A stretch of 64,000 bases of DNA from Rhodosorus marinus CCMP1338 (taxonomy: Eukaryota > Plantae > Rhodophyta), in assembly GCA_029953675.1 (NCBI GenBank), contig JAMWBK010000001.1, forward strand, positions 2,232,001 through 2,296,000, read 5' to 3'. A program made the translations under genes and the position numbers. Positions 1 through 16,072 of this stretch are shown piece by piece (the first letter of the stretch is position 1; each line of letters starts with the position of its first letter). The notes beneath the pieces are model-generated. The model did not search any database and had not been told where the DNA came from. It saw nothing but the letters and a program-made list of their open reading frames with translations.

Positions 1-12
1 TGGTTCAGCGTT

Positions 13-1082
13 CTATTTTTTCGCCGGTACGCCCGGACCTCTACCTGTCACGATTTGGAACGGTTGGAGTTTTGATCTTACCTTCCAGAATACTTGCTGT
101 CTAGCGTGATCGTACTTTAGAATATCTACCAACATGGTTAGGTCGGTCGCTCGTAAAAGAAGAGTCTCATACATATGCGTTATCTTCGTGGGAAGGTCTA
201 GATCTGTATCTCCGACAAAGTTTGCAAGCTGCTTGAGGTCCATTGTAGGTGCTTTCAGCACGACGGGTTCCACCTGGAAGCAGACAGGAAGAATTAGGAC
301 CAGTCCATACCTTGGAAGGACTTGTGAAAAGCTTCCTTGTTGATAGAAACATACCTTTTCAATCTGCTTCCATTGTTCAAGCTCTTTGATGTGGCTGGTC
401 TTGATAGAATCTACGCGCGTCAGTTCCCCTTGTAGAGCAGCGACTGTCCGCTCCTCGGCCACAGCATCAGCCAAGTTCTTGTCATCAGAGAAGGAGCGCA
501 CTTCGGTTTGAAACTCAGTAGAAATTTCCTGTAGTTTGGAGGTTAGCTCCAGGTTCGACTCTCCGGAGAGCCCTCTGTTCGAATACAAAACAACATCATA
601 TGATGTTATCTTCTTGCCGCTTTTCCGGTATGCTTCTGCTTTTTGCACTTATCTCACCTCAGCGATTCTTCCGCTGCTTCGCTTATGAGTCGAGCAAGAA
701 TTCTCCCGAGCGGGGTGGCTTTCGGTGTTTCGCAAGGCTTCGGAGTTTCCCGCTTGAATTTACTTGTACCTACAGTCGGAGGTTTCAGCTTGCTGCTGGA
801 CATGTCAGGCACACCGCTTGGTTGCTGAGGAGCGATCCTCCCGCAGGGAAGGCTTTCTTTCACCGCGGAGTTCTGAGCCACTAGCTCCTCAGCCTCGACA
901 GCGGCTGGAGCAATCACTGGGGCGGTGCTTTCATCAGTTTTTTTCGCCTCGCCTTTCCTAGCCCTCTTCCGGAAACGAAACCCATCTACATCCTTCGTAA
1001 TCGGCTCTTCCTTTTGTACCTCAGTTTCTGATTCAGCGAACAGAGATCTCCTCCGACTCAGTCTACGACTTCGCCGGTCCAT
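13..1082 (-). CDS. Spliced hypothetical protein with a basic/low-complexity N-terminus and helical C-terminus; weak resemblance to kinetochore Dsn1/Mis13
   Basis: ORFs 654-1127 and 13-648 join through a GT-AG intron (CTG AG|GTGAGA...AACAG|A, ~658-574). A second intron is at ~357-273. 'RRRSL' and 'DGFRFRKR' recall Dsn1 N-terminal motifs (weak, by eye). Confidence 0.5.
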
Positions 1083-1599
1083 CTCACATCGAAATTCCTC
1101 CCCAACGCTAAAACGCCAAACACCCAAACAACATAACCCTTTCCGCCCTTACCATCTCCATCACCTCTCAGCCTAAACCTCCCATCACGTTTGCACATGC
1201 ATCGCTGCAAACAGTCTCCCTGACTTTTCCATCAAGCCAAACCATGCACCCAACCCAAACCCCAACCCCCTCCTCCATCCGGCACCCCATCCCTCTTCCA
1301 AAACTCTTCGCAAAATAGAAAAACAGTAGAAATTTATTCGATATTTAAAAAGAATTGAAAAGTAACGGCTAATTTTTTTCTCCGACAGCGAGGACAGCTG
1401 GCATCAATCATTTTGGTGAAACGATTGATTGCTGGTATTGGCGGTGAAGTTATGGACGACGGCCGCTGCGCCCTCCGGCCGAGCGACAATCTCCACCTGT
1501 GCAATGTTTCACTCCAAGCGGTTCATATTCTGTTCGTTGCTACGTTTGGAAGTCCCCCACCCTCCAGTGTTACAAACAAACACAACCAACAACCTGAGA

Positions 1600-1900
1600 C
1601 TGGAAGTGTGTTGGGGTTGTCTATATTCAGGACGTGGTCGATGCTCTAGTGGTGAAGTTTGCTTGCAACTGATCGTAGCTGCTGACTAGAACCGTGGATG
1701 GATCTCCCTAGATGTATCCTCAGATGATAAGTTCCGACTGAATTTTCTTGTGCAATGGAGAGCGGAGCACTGCGTCTTCTAGTAGGACCCGATGTCTGTT
1801 TTAGGTAGCGAGCGTGAGAATTCTTCGCAGCCCCAACGTCCCTGGGATACTAGGCCCTGAGAGGAATCGTGGAAGCTTGCTCATTGAAGGAATCTACACT
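1600..1900 (+). mobile_element. Possible decayed CRE-like non-LTR retrotransposon fragment (post-RT region)
   Basis: Broken frames give 'RGWISL' and 'ALRLLVGP', resembling the AWL / ALRLRLGLP motifs. Short DNA matches to ~2980-3042. Confidence 0.25.
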
Positions 1901-2019
1901 GAATTCTCGGTTTTGGCCTGAGAGCTGTTTATTCTGAAGTACTCTCAAACGAAACGTACGAATGACCGAATAGTTGTTTTATTTTATCTATGAACACATG
2001 TAGATATTAAGTTACGTCC

Positions 2020-2637
2020 CTAATTGGTTGCCATTCCCACAGAGTGACTACACGAGCAACTCTGGTGAAGACATTGATGAGAAGTCGGGGTACTTGAGGC
2101 ATCAGAAAACCATGGTGCATCTGATGCCCGTGATACCACCTTATGAAGTTTCACAGCCTCTGATTCTGCGTAGGCTCTCTCCTCAGACCATCGTTCCTCA
2201 GCCTCCACCCCTTGCATCTGCATAGTTCTCTCCTCCAGCCATCTCATACGCTCCTGGTTTAAGGCCCGCACATGCGCCATTCGGTCCGCATGCACAGCCT
2301 TCATGTTGCTCCAAAGAGCTCTGAATCCAGTTCCATTCCTACCTTGCTGCCTTACTGGACCATTCCCACCATGATGACTGTGACCTCGGCCTCCACACGA
2401 ACACGTTCCCATCGCACTGGTACTCATCTTCAGTGTCTCTACAAGACAACACACAAGCATCCTCTCACCAACGTCCTTAGCCCTCCCACCTCTCACCAAT
2501 ACCATCTTACCTTCGTCAGAATGCTTTTCAACCCTCATTCCCTTGCTGCACAAACCTGTCCAGTGCCCCAAGAGCCTGCCTAGCACATCCAATCTCACCC
2601 TAAGTACACAGTAACTACTAAACCCCATCCGTCCCAA
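2020..2637 (-). CDS. Hypothetical protein (possibly spliced) with a coiled-coil-like segment
   Basis: 205-aa ORF with a charged helical stretch (ERMRWLEERTMQMQGVEAEERW). No family recognised. Confidence 0.3.
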   Translation of the reverse strand: MGRMGFSSYCVLRVRLDVLGRLLGHWTGLCSKGMRVEKHSDEGKMVLVRGGRAKDVGERMLVCCLVETLKMSTSAMGTCSCGGRGHSHHGGNGPVRQQGRNGTGFRALWSNMKAVHADRMAHVRALNQERMRWLEERTMQMQGVEAEERWSEERAYAESEAVKLHKVVSRASDAPWFSDASSTPTSHQCLHQSCSCSHSVGMATN

Positions 2638-3331
2638 AACTCTAAATAAAACTCATGTCTGGGGCAAATTAACGTATGCATGATCATTTATTTATGAAAA
2701 CAAGACTTTTTAGTCCTAACAAGGAATACTAGATCCATATTTATAGACCACAGTTTCTACTTCTCGAGGTGTCAGGAGCTCGGGATCAATATTTGGATAA
2801 AATTTACATTGTTTTCCCGGGGGTGTCAGGAGAACACGGATATTTTTCCGTAAAAACTTACGATCTAGTAGAATTCTCTCTTGCCCCACTTTTTTGTGCA
2901 TTTCCTGCATCCAATTTCTACGTTAAAAAAAGAAAACGTTCAGACATTGAGGTTTTTTAGGTTGTTTTAATCGGTTGAGAGTTGCTGGTATTGACGGTGT
3001 CCATTAGTAAGAGGCTCATTCAGGACATGGTGAGCGTTCTAGACTTTAACTGATTCCGTGAGGTTCCCTCTGGGTGTATGTCAGCCGAAAAGCCTCGGGG
3101 ATTGCCCCGAAAGTGTTTGCGACCTCATTGGATGTGGACCAGCTTTGCGGGATATGGCATGGTCCTTTGCGTTAGAGTTTTTACGCTAGCTAATGTTTAC
3201 TGCCATATTCAGCGTCTTTTGGTTTGGTTTACTTGCTGAGTTTCGTTTCGCTCGCAGCTTTCGACTTCGAAACCATCGTCGAGGCTCTTTGATTGTGAGC
3301 GTAGCTCGCCCCGATTGTGACAGGTTGAAGA

Positions 3332-3823
3332 ATGCGGGAAATATTCGCCTGGCTAAAGCCTGATCGGGGGACCGAAAGTTTCGCTCTGAAACTAATCGTT
3401 TACGCTCGTGAATACGATCAGTATAACTTTGGTCTCGGCCGGAATGGGTTGGGTGATTTTCTTTTGCTTTCTCTAGTCCTGGAGAAGCTGATTCAACTTT
3501 TGGCTGGATGCGCTCTGGATCAACCGGAACTACCGCAGCAGGAATCGAAAATTTCAGTGATCGTAGAACTGCTCTCGAAGGACATATACTCTGATGCCAT
3601 ACTACGTGACTTGGAAAATGTCGTATTCCAACCCCGGCTCCAGCTTCTAGTCCCCGGTGAGAGTATTCCAGAGGGACTGTACCAACGCGTTTGCGACAAG
3701 GTGTTAAATTCCGTTCTGGACACACTCACTTCCGACTGTGTTGTTAAATTGCAGGCGAAACGTACACGAGCCATGGGTGAGAGTACGTCCAACCGTCTCG
3801 ACGATTGTGCTGTCCTCAGTTAA
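3332..3823 (+). CDS. Hypothetical helical protein exon (gene probably extends to ~4560 through further exons)
   Basis: 163-aa Leu-rich ORF with protein-like composition. Candidate donors at ~3777 (G|GTGAG) and 4555 (GTAAGT). Exon chain not resolved. Confidence 0.4.
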   Translation: MREIFAWLKPDRGTESFALKLIVYAREYDQYNFGLGRNGLGDFLLLSLVLEKLIQLLAGCALDQPELPQQESKISVIVELLSKDIYSDAILRDLENVVFQPRLQLLVPGESIPEGLYQRVCDKVLNSVLDTLTSDCVVKLQAKRTRAMGESTSNRLDDCAVLS

Positions 3824-4665
3824 CCTGCGTTTTGCGAAGCGTGGATGTGGATCGGCAGAAGTTGAATCGCGATCCTTAAAAAGCTGGGGATTCTAGCGAA
3901 TTCATCTAAAGAGTTCGTGAGCAAAGCGCGAGTTCGCAACTGCCTCGCCCCGGCGCACGGATTCGTTCGATCGTCTTGTCAATGACAAAGCTGCTGGGGA
4001 GTGTTGGTCACTATGCCGTTACGGCGTTTGATCCCTTTTTATCGTGAAAGTGTGTAAAAACTCTCCCTCTAAGTTCGTCCACTTCTACACGATCTTCGGT
4101 TAACCATAGTCTCATTATTCCCGCACCGACGAATGGCAAACTTCCGTTCGCCATCAGGTGAACCTAACTAATCGGGCGCCGATGGAAGGACATCTTCTAA
4201 ATCTGGTCTTTCTCAAGCGCCGTTTGGTTATTCCTGCCTAAATAGAACATCCCCCCGCAGTTCTTCCTCACTTGGTTACTCTTACAGTCCGCTCACTATC
4301 ATTCTTCTCGCGATGAAACTCCGGCAAGTCCAACTGCAGAGCTTGAAATGTTACAGACTAGGCATTAAGGAAAGCCAAGAGTGTCAATGACTGCGCAACA
4401 GTATCCCCACATATTCAGCAGGATGGTTTGAAGAACAATTTCGAAAGTCTCTCTGGCCAATTTCTCCAAGATGAAACGATAAAAGTCCTGGCCTGGTCTT
4501 ATCAGCAAAGTGCGTTCCTTCCTTCAACGCCGGACCGCCTCTGGCGGACTTGAGGTAAGTATACATCGACATCGGGAATACCGTCGCTACGGACTTGAGC
4601 GACGAGTGTTGCTCCGAGGAAAGCCTTAACGTAAAGGCTTAAGGGCGGATGACATCCAGGAGGTG

Positions 4666-5467
4666 ATGATTCCAAAGCGAATCCGGTCAGTACTGTCATG
4701 GGCTCCAGTGTTTGTTGCGGTGTGCGACTTTGGCTCGATCAGGAAGGTATCTGGATATTCCATGCAGCCGACGCTCAATGGAGATCTTGGGTAAGGAATC
4801 GAGTATGCCAGGAGAGCCCAGGAACGATCAAGAGATCGGGTCTTGTTTTGCTGACCCCTTTGGATGACCCCACAGGAATGGAGCAGATTTTGTGGCGCTG
4901 GAAAAGCTGTCCGGGAGGTTTGGTTGGAGGGATCCAGAACGTGGTGATGTTTTTACTCTGCGGTAATCACCCCCCTTCAGCTCTTCTGCTGCTGAGGATG
5001 AGGTCTTCAATGAATGTCTGAAAGAATGAAATTCTTTGCCGTGTTCTTGCCCTGTTTCCTAAGACATCCGAGGGATCCAAAGAAGATTATTGTGAAGCGA
5101 TTGATCGCGATCCAAGGCGACATCGTTCAGGGTGTAGATTCTGCTGAAGCTCATCGGATTCCAGAAGGTCATGGCTGGTTTGAGGGTGACAATCTCAGGA
5201 AGAGCTCGGATTCCAACTCATTCGGTCCGGTACTGTTGCTTACTAATCCGATCCTTGGCTTAACTGTTTCAACAAGATCTGTCGCAACTGAATAGTCAGT
5301 ACTGCCCCGTGCCAGTACAGGTTTCTCTCGGGCTGGTAGAGGGTAGGGTCTTGGCGATCGTGTGGCCATGGCATCGTGCAACCGGGCTTGGGAATGAGGA
5401 GAATCCTGCCTATGAGGATCGCATCATATATCGTTGTAGAAAGAATTCGAAAGCATCGAAAGGATAG
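4666..5467 (+). CDS. IMP2: Mitochondrial inner membrane protease subunit 2 (S26 signal peptidase family), spliced
   Basis: Exons give 'VSGYSMQPTLN' (catalytic Ser), 'RHPRDPKKIIVKRLIA' (catalytic Lys), 'IPEGHGWFEGDN...SSDSNSFGP' and 'VSLGLVEGRVLAIVWP'. TAG at 5465-5467. Confidence 0.92.
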
Positions 5468-5566
5468 GGGCGCTGACATAGTCAAGGGGCTTCGAAGGGG
5501 AATCAAATGCAAAGCAGGAACTCTCGGGAGGAAGGTTTTCTGGTCGGAAGATGAATCGATTCTTCA

Positions 5567-6291
5567 TCACTGGGAATCTTGGTCGTACTCTGCAGCTCTA
5601 CTATCGGTTCTCACGTGTTGAACCTTTTCATTCAGGCCGGTCGCGGGACCCAATACATTATCCCTTACGACCATTTGAATCAACCTACAACTTCGTGCAA
5701 GGATTCGACCAGACGAAACGGGGGGTTGGATTGGGACCGCACGACCCGGCACTGACGTCTTGGCTTGAACGATTCGTCCCTGAAAAGTAGATTAGCGGCA
5801 CAACTCAAGCTTCGCGCGGTGTTTCTAACACCTTCTCTGAAGTACCTGATCAACATATCGTCATCCCAGAATCCCAAAAACGTAATATGGACCCTTCACA
5901 CATTCCGTCACTCGTTCTCTTGAGCGAGGTTGTACTACGGTCCACCGTGTCATCTTCACCCGATACAGTGAACACCGAGACAAACAGATAACAAGAATTC
6001 AAACCGGACGCTTCCAAAGTAGACGCGCAAACGCCCCAGAAGAAAGTAAACCCGAACGGGTAGACCATTCAACTGGGTGGTAAAGTGCACAATCAAACAG
6101 AGGCTCCAGCTTCCTCTCAGAACAAACTTCCAAGAAAATAAAAGACAAAAAAGCAACCAGCAGTCCACCTTAGAAATCTCGTTCTGGTTCCACAGGCATT
6201 CAACATCATCGTCAGATAAGATCAATGTGTGTTCGTTAACTTCCTCCTTCCCACCCCCCAATCCTGACCGACCCAACACGGACAGTGGCAC
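5567..6291 (-). CDS. Spliced hypothetical protein
   Basis: Several protein-like ORF pieces (5956-6291, 5850-6068, 5680-5877, 5567-5752) can be linked by plausible GT-AG introns. No family recognised. Confidence 0.35.
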
Positions 6292-7477
6292 TTATAGTAA
6301 GACCTCCCCTGTCTAGGGGGTGAAGGCGATTGCCATGATTTGCCTAAAGGGGATACTTTTCATATGAACAGATTTAGTTTTCTGAATCTTCTACGGTAGT
6401 GGAAGATCGTCCAGAAGCTCTAAACAACTCCCGCAGCCATCCGACCACCCGCAAGACTCCCAACCAAACCAACATCAGCGTTGCTCAATAATTATTTTCA
6501 CTATTCTATAATTAAGATAGACTTTATTGGCTACATTCAGAAATAAGAAGTATTCATTTGTTAAATTATTCCTGTTATTCTAAATATAAACATCTATTCT
6601 ATCAAAATTACCCCATTTCGATTTTTCACTGGCTAAAAGCTCCTCCATTCGCAGAACAGTCTGTGTGCTTTATTCTATCTCACCCGCTCAGAAAAATAGC
6701 TTAAAATAAAAATAAAATATTATTTGTATGCCCCAGATCTAGATATATTAAAGAAAAATGTGTTCTTAATCTTGAACAATCATTCTAAAAATCTCCCACA
6801 ACCTCAGAGTACTATCATAGCCGTCATCATGTATCAATCTATTTAGAAGCTGAAGGAGCTCATAAATATATTAATTCAATTTAAATCAGTCCATATTGAA
6901 AAATTTGTTTGGATTTGTAGGTGACGATTACATATATTTTAGTCGTGCGCCTCTGCGGTGATGAGGACAAAGTCAATTCGCTGCTGTTCCTAACGAGCGA
7001 AGATGATGACAAGATGAAGCTGGGAGGGGGTTGAAAGAGGAGACAAAAGGGCTGTTCTACTTGGATTGGCGTGAGAAAGAAGAGGATCGTTGTATGCTAG
7101 GGAGAATTTGAGAGAGCTTGAGCGGTTTCCTAGTTTCTGGGTTTGTGGAAAGCATGTTTGTGGCCTGCTGACTGAATTTTTTTTTTTGGGCGGGGGAGGA
7201 GCGGGGAGGGAGGGTGAAAAGGTTGTTTTAGGAAGGAGCTGAGAACTTGCTTGGAGGCGTTCTTTTGTTTTTGAAAGGGTTGAGTCTAGCCGTGGAGGGA
7301 AGGCGGGACCCCGACGTTGATGAGTAGTTAAGGACGCCGCTATTTTTTTTCTGTTTTCTCGATGTAATGACTCGGCTTTGCATGGTTTCGAATTTACGGA
7401 CGGAGAAGAATTAGAGCTTACTTTGATTCTGGTGAGGAGTTCTTAGACGAATTTGAGGGCTTGTGAGCTCCGATGCG

Positions 7478-10923
<3,446 letters not shown>

Positions 10924-11449
10924 GCTTCACTTGCAACCGAGCGCTCTCCTGAGATGTGCTTGTTCATAGGCATTGTTTTTGTAGATCTCCCCGTAACCCC
11001 AGTCCGCTGTACATCACCCATGAGGTCAACCATTCTCTAGTTAGGTGGCGTAGTCGACGACCATTGAAACTCTTGGAGATGTGTATAAAGAAGAAGAAGA
11101 CAGGAGAATGAAGCACACAGAGAGATGCTTGGGGTAGTAGTAGAACATGCTCGCCGCTCACAGCTCAACAAACAACCAGTCCGAGTTCGATATTAGGTGT
11201 TCCACAGCTCAGCAGGCCAGTTGGGACTCAAACCGACGACCACGGTGGAGACTAGTTTCCCAGTTCCAATCTCCTAGTCGGTTCTCTGTCCAACACCCAC
11301 TATGAAGTTGGTCTCAAGTGTATCTCAGATCTTAGCAGCTCTGGCTACAACCAAGTTTGCAGCGGTGGACGTCCTCATGTTCCTTTGAGCAGATCGACCA
11401 AGATGATCAGTCCATATTCTGACACAGATCTCTTATATCATCTACATGA

Positions 11450-12200
11450 AAATAACCCTAGACTGAAAAGACAGTGCCTTTACCAGCGTATCGTCGTTCA
11501 ATGCCTCCAAAGATATTCGAAATGAACTTGAGCTCATTGATCTGAGTCCTTCCTCCAAGCCCATCGCGATGAAGGAATCCGGTGGTGGGACAGTCTCGAA
11601 GTCGGCTTCGGTCAACGCTTCCGTCTTGACTCAATTCCTGGTGAGGCACTCCTCACAAGACCAATCCATCCCGACAAAGGGTCTCCGGTGCAGGTGCAGT
11701 GGAGATAGCCTCTTTATCGCCCGAGACTCTACGCAGATAAGGCTCTGATCATGTTTGGAGTAAAACGAATCCTTTATGGTGATCGGCTTGCTTCTTCCCA
11801 CAACATCTCGTTCAGTCATCGCGAAAGCACGTCCAAATCCTCTCCAGGCGATGACGAGGGACCGAGGAGAAAACGAATAGGATTCGGTCCAATTTTGAGA
11901 TACTTCCCAAAACATTTTCATACCAAATCTTGAGACGAGAGAGGTGAGACCATCTTCATGACGGTCGTTGTTAGATAGGTGAGCGAGTATCAGGCAGAGA
12001 AAGCTTTGCGTGAACTTCCTAAACAGATCAAGAATCATTGCAAACGCACTTCCGAACTCTCCAAGTGGGACAAAAGGCTGAGCTTAGATACGATTTCGAT
12101 CCAAATTCAGATGCTCAGACTCGTCTGGAAGGTGAAGAGCTGTGGTGATCGTCTTCTTCGTGACGGAATGTGTTTGGGTGGACACTTTCTCTTCGTTTAG
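11450..12200 (-). mobile_element. Decayed CRE-like non-LTR retrotransposon relic (late RT/thumb region)
   Basis: Frame-broken 'RFLLGPSS' and 'GFLHRDGLGGR' resemble the LLGxP and LPxRxGGLG motifs, in the expected order. Confidence 0.3.
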
Positions 12201-12349
12201 TGAGTAAGGGCGTGCGAACCAAGTAGATTTCTCGTGTGAGGAGGAAGAACTCGTTAGAAGCAGGGGGTTGGAAGGTTACCAGTGTGTGGCACTACAATCT
12301 CGTCTAATTTGGTTTGGAGCGATCAGGGCATTTTTTTTTAAGTACAGAG

Positions 12350-12826
12350 ATGACGGACTTTGATGTTGATCCGCCGTTTGATCCTCAAGTGATTCCAGGG
12401 GGAAAATCGGTGATTACGAGGTTTTGCGAGAATCCGTTGACTGGTAGGGTGGAGTGGCTGGAAGCGAAGGTGACGCCTGAGTTTCTTCAGACTGGATCTG
12501 CGGTTTCGAAGGAGGTGGAGGAGTATGTTTTTGAAGGGGATACGAGGAAGGGTGATTCGGTGCAGATGATAGTCGCTCAGTCGCTTGGTGGAGATGGTGA
12601 TGCGACGTACAACGTGTTTCCAATGGGCCGGTCGTTCGATCGAGGGACCTTTCAGAACGAAACGGAGTCAATGGTGTATCACTTCGTGAAGGATTCTGGA
12701 ACGAGCGCCCTGCTCAGGATTAAACTTCTGTACAAGAACGCCGATACGGTTCGACCGTACAAACTACTGTACGTTGTGGAGCTTGAGAATGGAGATACTA
12801 TCGAGAACGAGCTAATGAACGTCTAG
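12350..12826 (+). CDS. Single-exon 158-aa protein of unknown function (beta-rich)
   Basis: Clean ORF with ATG at 12350 just after a polypyrimidine/AG acceptor-like sequence. Globular composition; no family recognised. Confidence 0.75.
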   Translation: MTDFDVDPPFDPQVIPGGKSVITRFCENPLTGRVEWLEAKVTPEFLQTGSAVSKEVEEYVFEGDTRKGDSVQMIVAQSLGGDGDATYNVFPMGRSFDRGTFQNETESMVYHFVKDSGTSALLRIKLLYKNADTVRPYKLLYVVELENGDTIENELMNV

Positions 12827-13340
12827 AGGAAGATTCAAACCTTCGGAAATTTGGCTTGAATCGACCTTCTCGAAGCCTCTGGGAGGAAACAGCTTGTACT
12901 TGGCCAGACTATCCTAAGATGCATTAGACGCTCTACTCATTGTCTTTTCGGGGTTTTGGAAGTTGCCTTGGGGCACTGGTAAGGACTCCTATCGAGTAGT
13001 CAACGTATCAACGACGCCACCTCGTCAACTTGTAAAGCAGACCTGTTCTGTTGACGGGCTGTGCAGCCAAAATGTCTCCAAGTCGAGTCAAATTCGCTGA
13101 ACGGTATTCGAGCGGCATGGAACATGTTTTTCCTCAGCACGTCTGACTTGTTCATCATTCTGGAACACGAAGAGTAAAAGAAATACATTTACAAACAAAA
13201 CCGAGCAGAGCTTGCTGCTGCTTGAGGGGAGACGCCAGGAATCCACGAGTCGATTTGAAATCTCATGCAGCTGGGTACACCCTTCCCTCTCCTAGAGCAA
13301 CCCAAGAATCGGCTTCGATTGTCCTACTAAAATGAAGTAG

Positions 13341-14738
13341 CTACCTCTCCTTCTTCTCCGGATTCCGATCCTTTTTCAGCTTCCAATAGTCTCCAGCAAG
13401 TCCGATACCTGCAGCGGCGATATCTGCGAACAGATTCAGATCTAGAACCTTGAGAAGGAGCCTCGCTCCCACTGTAAAGTAGCCTTGGTCTTTGATCACT
13501 GTCCGACCCTGCGGTTCAAGCAAAAAAGGTTCCGTGAATTCGTTATTTCAAACGTTTCCGCAGAGTCTTCGAGGGCAAACAGCTGCCACCACCAGCGGCT
13601 GCGTGACTTACCACTGAGGAAAGGATGGACTTGGCGACGGTCTCAGCTGATACGGCCGTCTTCCTCGCACTTTCCATAGCGCCCAAGCCTCTCGTATCGC
13701 TGTAAAAGTTGGAATTGACTGGAGAAGGATGAATGACCTGTAGCAACGGAAATCGACAGACGAGAAAAGGCGTTCGCCTGAGGAGTTTGATCTTGGCATA
13801 ATGCAGACCGAGACTCTTGGGTCCATGTTGTTAAACCCGCTGTTTAAGCAAGATAGGCCTTGCCCGGAGCTTGGAATGCTCATTCATTTGGCGCTCACTA
13901 AAGCTTACCAAGACTTGTATACCGCTCGGCCTTACTTCAGCAGCGAGCGAGGTAGCGAAGTGGGTAAGGAAAGCCTTTGTAGCACCGTACATAGCGCTCA
14001 TCGGACACGGTATGAAACATGAAGAACTCGATGTAAAACCGATGACTCCCTTCTCGCCTCGATCAAGTAGCCTGTTTGCAAATAGATGGGTTATCCTGGC
14101 GGGAAGGACGTAACCGATCCTTTAGAGAGCGCCCCGTGAGACGGAGATTTCGATTTGAGACACGGGCGGAACTACCTCAAGGATGAAGTGACGTTGACTT
14201 CCATGTTGTGAAGAGCTGCATCTACAGGGTCGTCTGGAAATAGCCCAACCCTAATGTAACCAGCGTTGTTGAAGATAAGGTTGATTCTAAGATTTTTTGT
14301 CTGCTTCTCGATTTTCGATAAGTATCCGCCATTCCGATCTCCGAGATCAACTCCTAGGGCGCGTATGTCCCGATCTGGGTATTTCTGTGCGCATGGGAGG
14401 AAAGCAAGTCAATTAGCTTCGGAGAAACCAGGACCTTCCAATACAAATGCCAAAAGCACTCTCACCTTCTTCAGCTCTTTCGTTGATTGCCCGATGAGAG
14501 GATCATCTTTTGCAACGATGAAAACGTTGATTCCTTGAGAGCACAGAATATCACAAAGTGCGAGCCCAATACCCGAGGATCCTCCAGTTACCAGCGCCCA
14601 CTCCGCGTCGTACAACTTCTTCAGGTCGCGCGGGGTCGGCGTCACCCACGCGTGGAAGAAGTAGTGAAGACTATACGATATCCAGGAGATCAGAAACAGA
14701 ACTCCGCAGACAGATAATGCTAGTGGCACTGGATCCAT
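13341..14738 (-). CDS. Short-chain dehydrogenase/reductase, very-long-chain 3-oxoacyl-CoA reductase (KCR/17beta-HSD12)-like, spliced
   Basis: N-terminal TM helix, 'WALVTGGSSGIG' Rossmann motif, and catalytic 'YGATK' (~14000). C-terminal exon 'DQGYFTVGARLLLKVLDLN' ends at TAG 13341. Confidence 0.88.
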
Positions 14739-15029
14739 TCTTCCACAGTCTTCAGTCCCTAACAAAGGCCTCTCTAATACATCTCTTTCCTGGTCGCCCA
14801 GCTCGGAAGCGTTGGGTCTTCCCGCTCAAGTACAGACTCAATGAAAAGGTATACGTTCGCCCTGACTGCGGAGGTGGCGGGCAAGTATCGGTGGCCTTGT
14901 CTACCGAAGGCCAGGCTCGAGAGTGAAGGTGCTGTGGATAGAGGACAGAAAGCCAAGCATTCAGGAGCGGGGCTATTGCTACTGCTACTACCACCACTGC
15001 TAGTCCTATTCCATGATCCATTGAGTGGG

Positions 15030-15330
15030 TTAAGAAAGAGCGACGATGTACTTCTCCAGAGGCTGTACTTGAGAGCCAGAAGTGCGGTGGGGCATCGCGA
15101 ACTGACCTCGGTCGGATGCCTTAAGGCACCGCACCTTAAGGTCCTCTCACCCGTCCATAGCGTTTCGATCGCGTTGGGACAGAAGTTATCGGGATCCGCA
15201 AAGGCACCGTACTCCTTATGAAGATTCGTGGCACAGGATTTAGCATTTCGACCCCATTCTTAGAGTGCGGTACTTCTCGCCAGCCGAACTCGACCCCCCG
15301 AAGAGACGGGTTGCCGTTATAGCTCGAACT
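15030..15330 (-). mobile_element. RLE (restriction-like endonuclease) C-terminal relic of a CRE-like non-LTR element
   Basis: Translation 'LHKEYGAFADPDNFCPNAIETLWTGE' fits K..KY...F.P.A.ET.G.WG. It is followed by 'LKYSLWRSTS', resembling the LS.A..R.NA motif. Confidence 0.55.
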
Positions 15331-16072
15331 CCTTTGAGACTGGATTGAGGACCTTCTCGGCTCTCAAACCAGAGTTCTGGACGGCTTAAAGACCTGCGAG
15401 CTTGCTTCTCGTTTAACCTAAAGCTTGTCCATTTCCACGATCCACACCGCCACAGTTACTTCTCCAATTCGAACCGTAAAAAAAATATAAAAAAACACTC
15501 CCGCTGCGACACGGTTGACCTACCCTGAAGCACAAGCGTTCCTCTTCACGACAGTACACTCGAACCGCCGTTTTCCCAGCAAAAAGCCAGAAATAAGCGA
15601 TACAGAATTTCCCAAAAAAATGCCCAGCCCGACCTTTGCAACGAGTGATACATCCTGACACAGTACGAAATGTATTTCATTTCATGTTTTTCATTTATGT
15701 ATCCAGAAGCTTCCCTAGGAAGGCTTTTTGGGGGGGGGGGGGAAATGGGGAGGAAGAGAAGGTGAATTTCTGAATTTTTTAAGGCGGCACAGGAGCTTCC
15801 AAATTGTTGGGATTGGGGCCAATGTTACATGCGCTGTCCTTCTTGCTATCTTCTGTTTGTGTACATAAGAGGAGAATTGGTTTGGGTCTTCTTGGGGGAG
15901 GACTGGGGTGAGGTTGGAGAGGGAGAGGGAGGGTGTATGTGTAGTTGCCTTTGGCAGGTAGGAATTGGAAGGTCTTAGAAGGAGTAGAGGAGGTCTGGGG
16001 ATTTTCTGTGTCCTTTTTTTGGGTTTTTTTTTCTTGTGGCTTGAGGAAACTTACTCTTTGTGGGAGAAGGAT

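Noticed and set aside
11200-11290. tRNA gene on the minus strand (GGTCGTCGGTTTGAGTCCC)
   Set aside because: T-arm-like only, with no acceptor stem, D-arm or anticodon arm.
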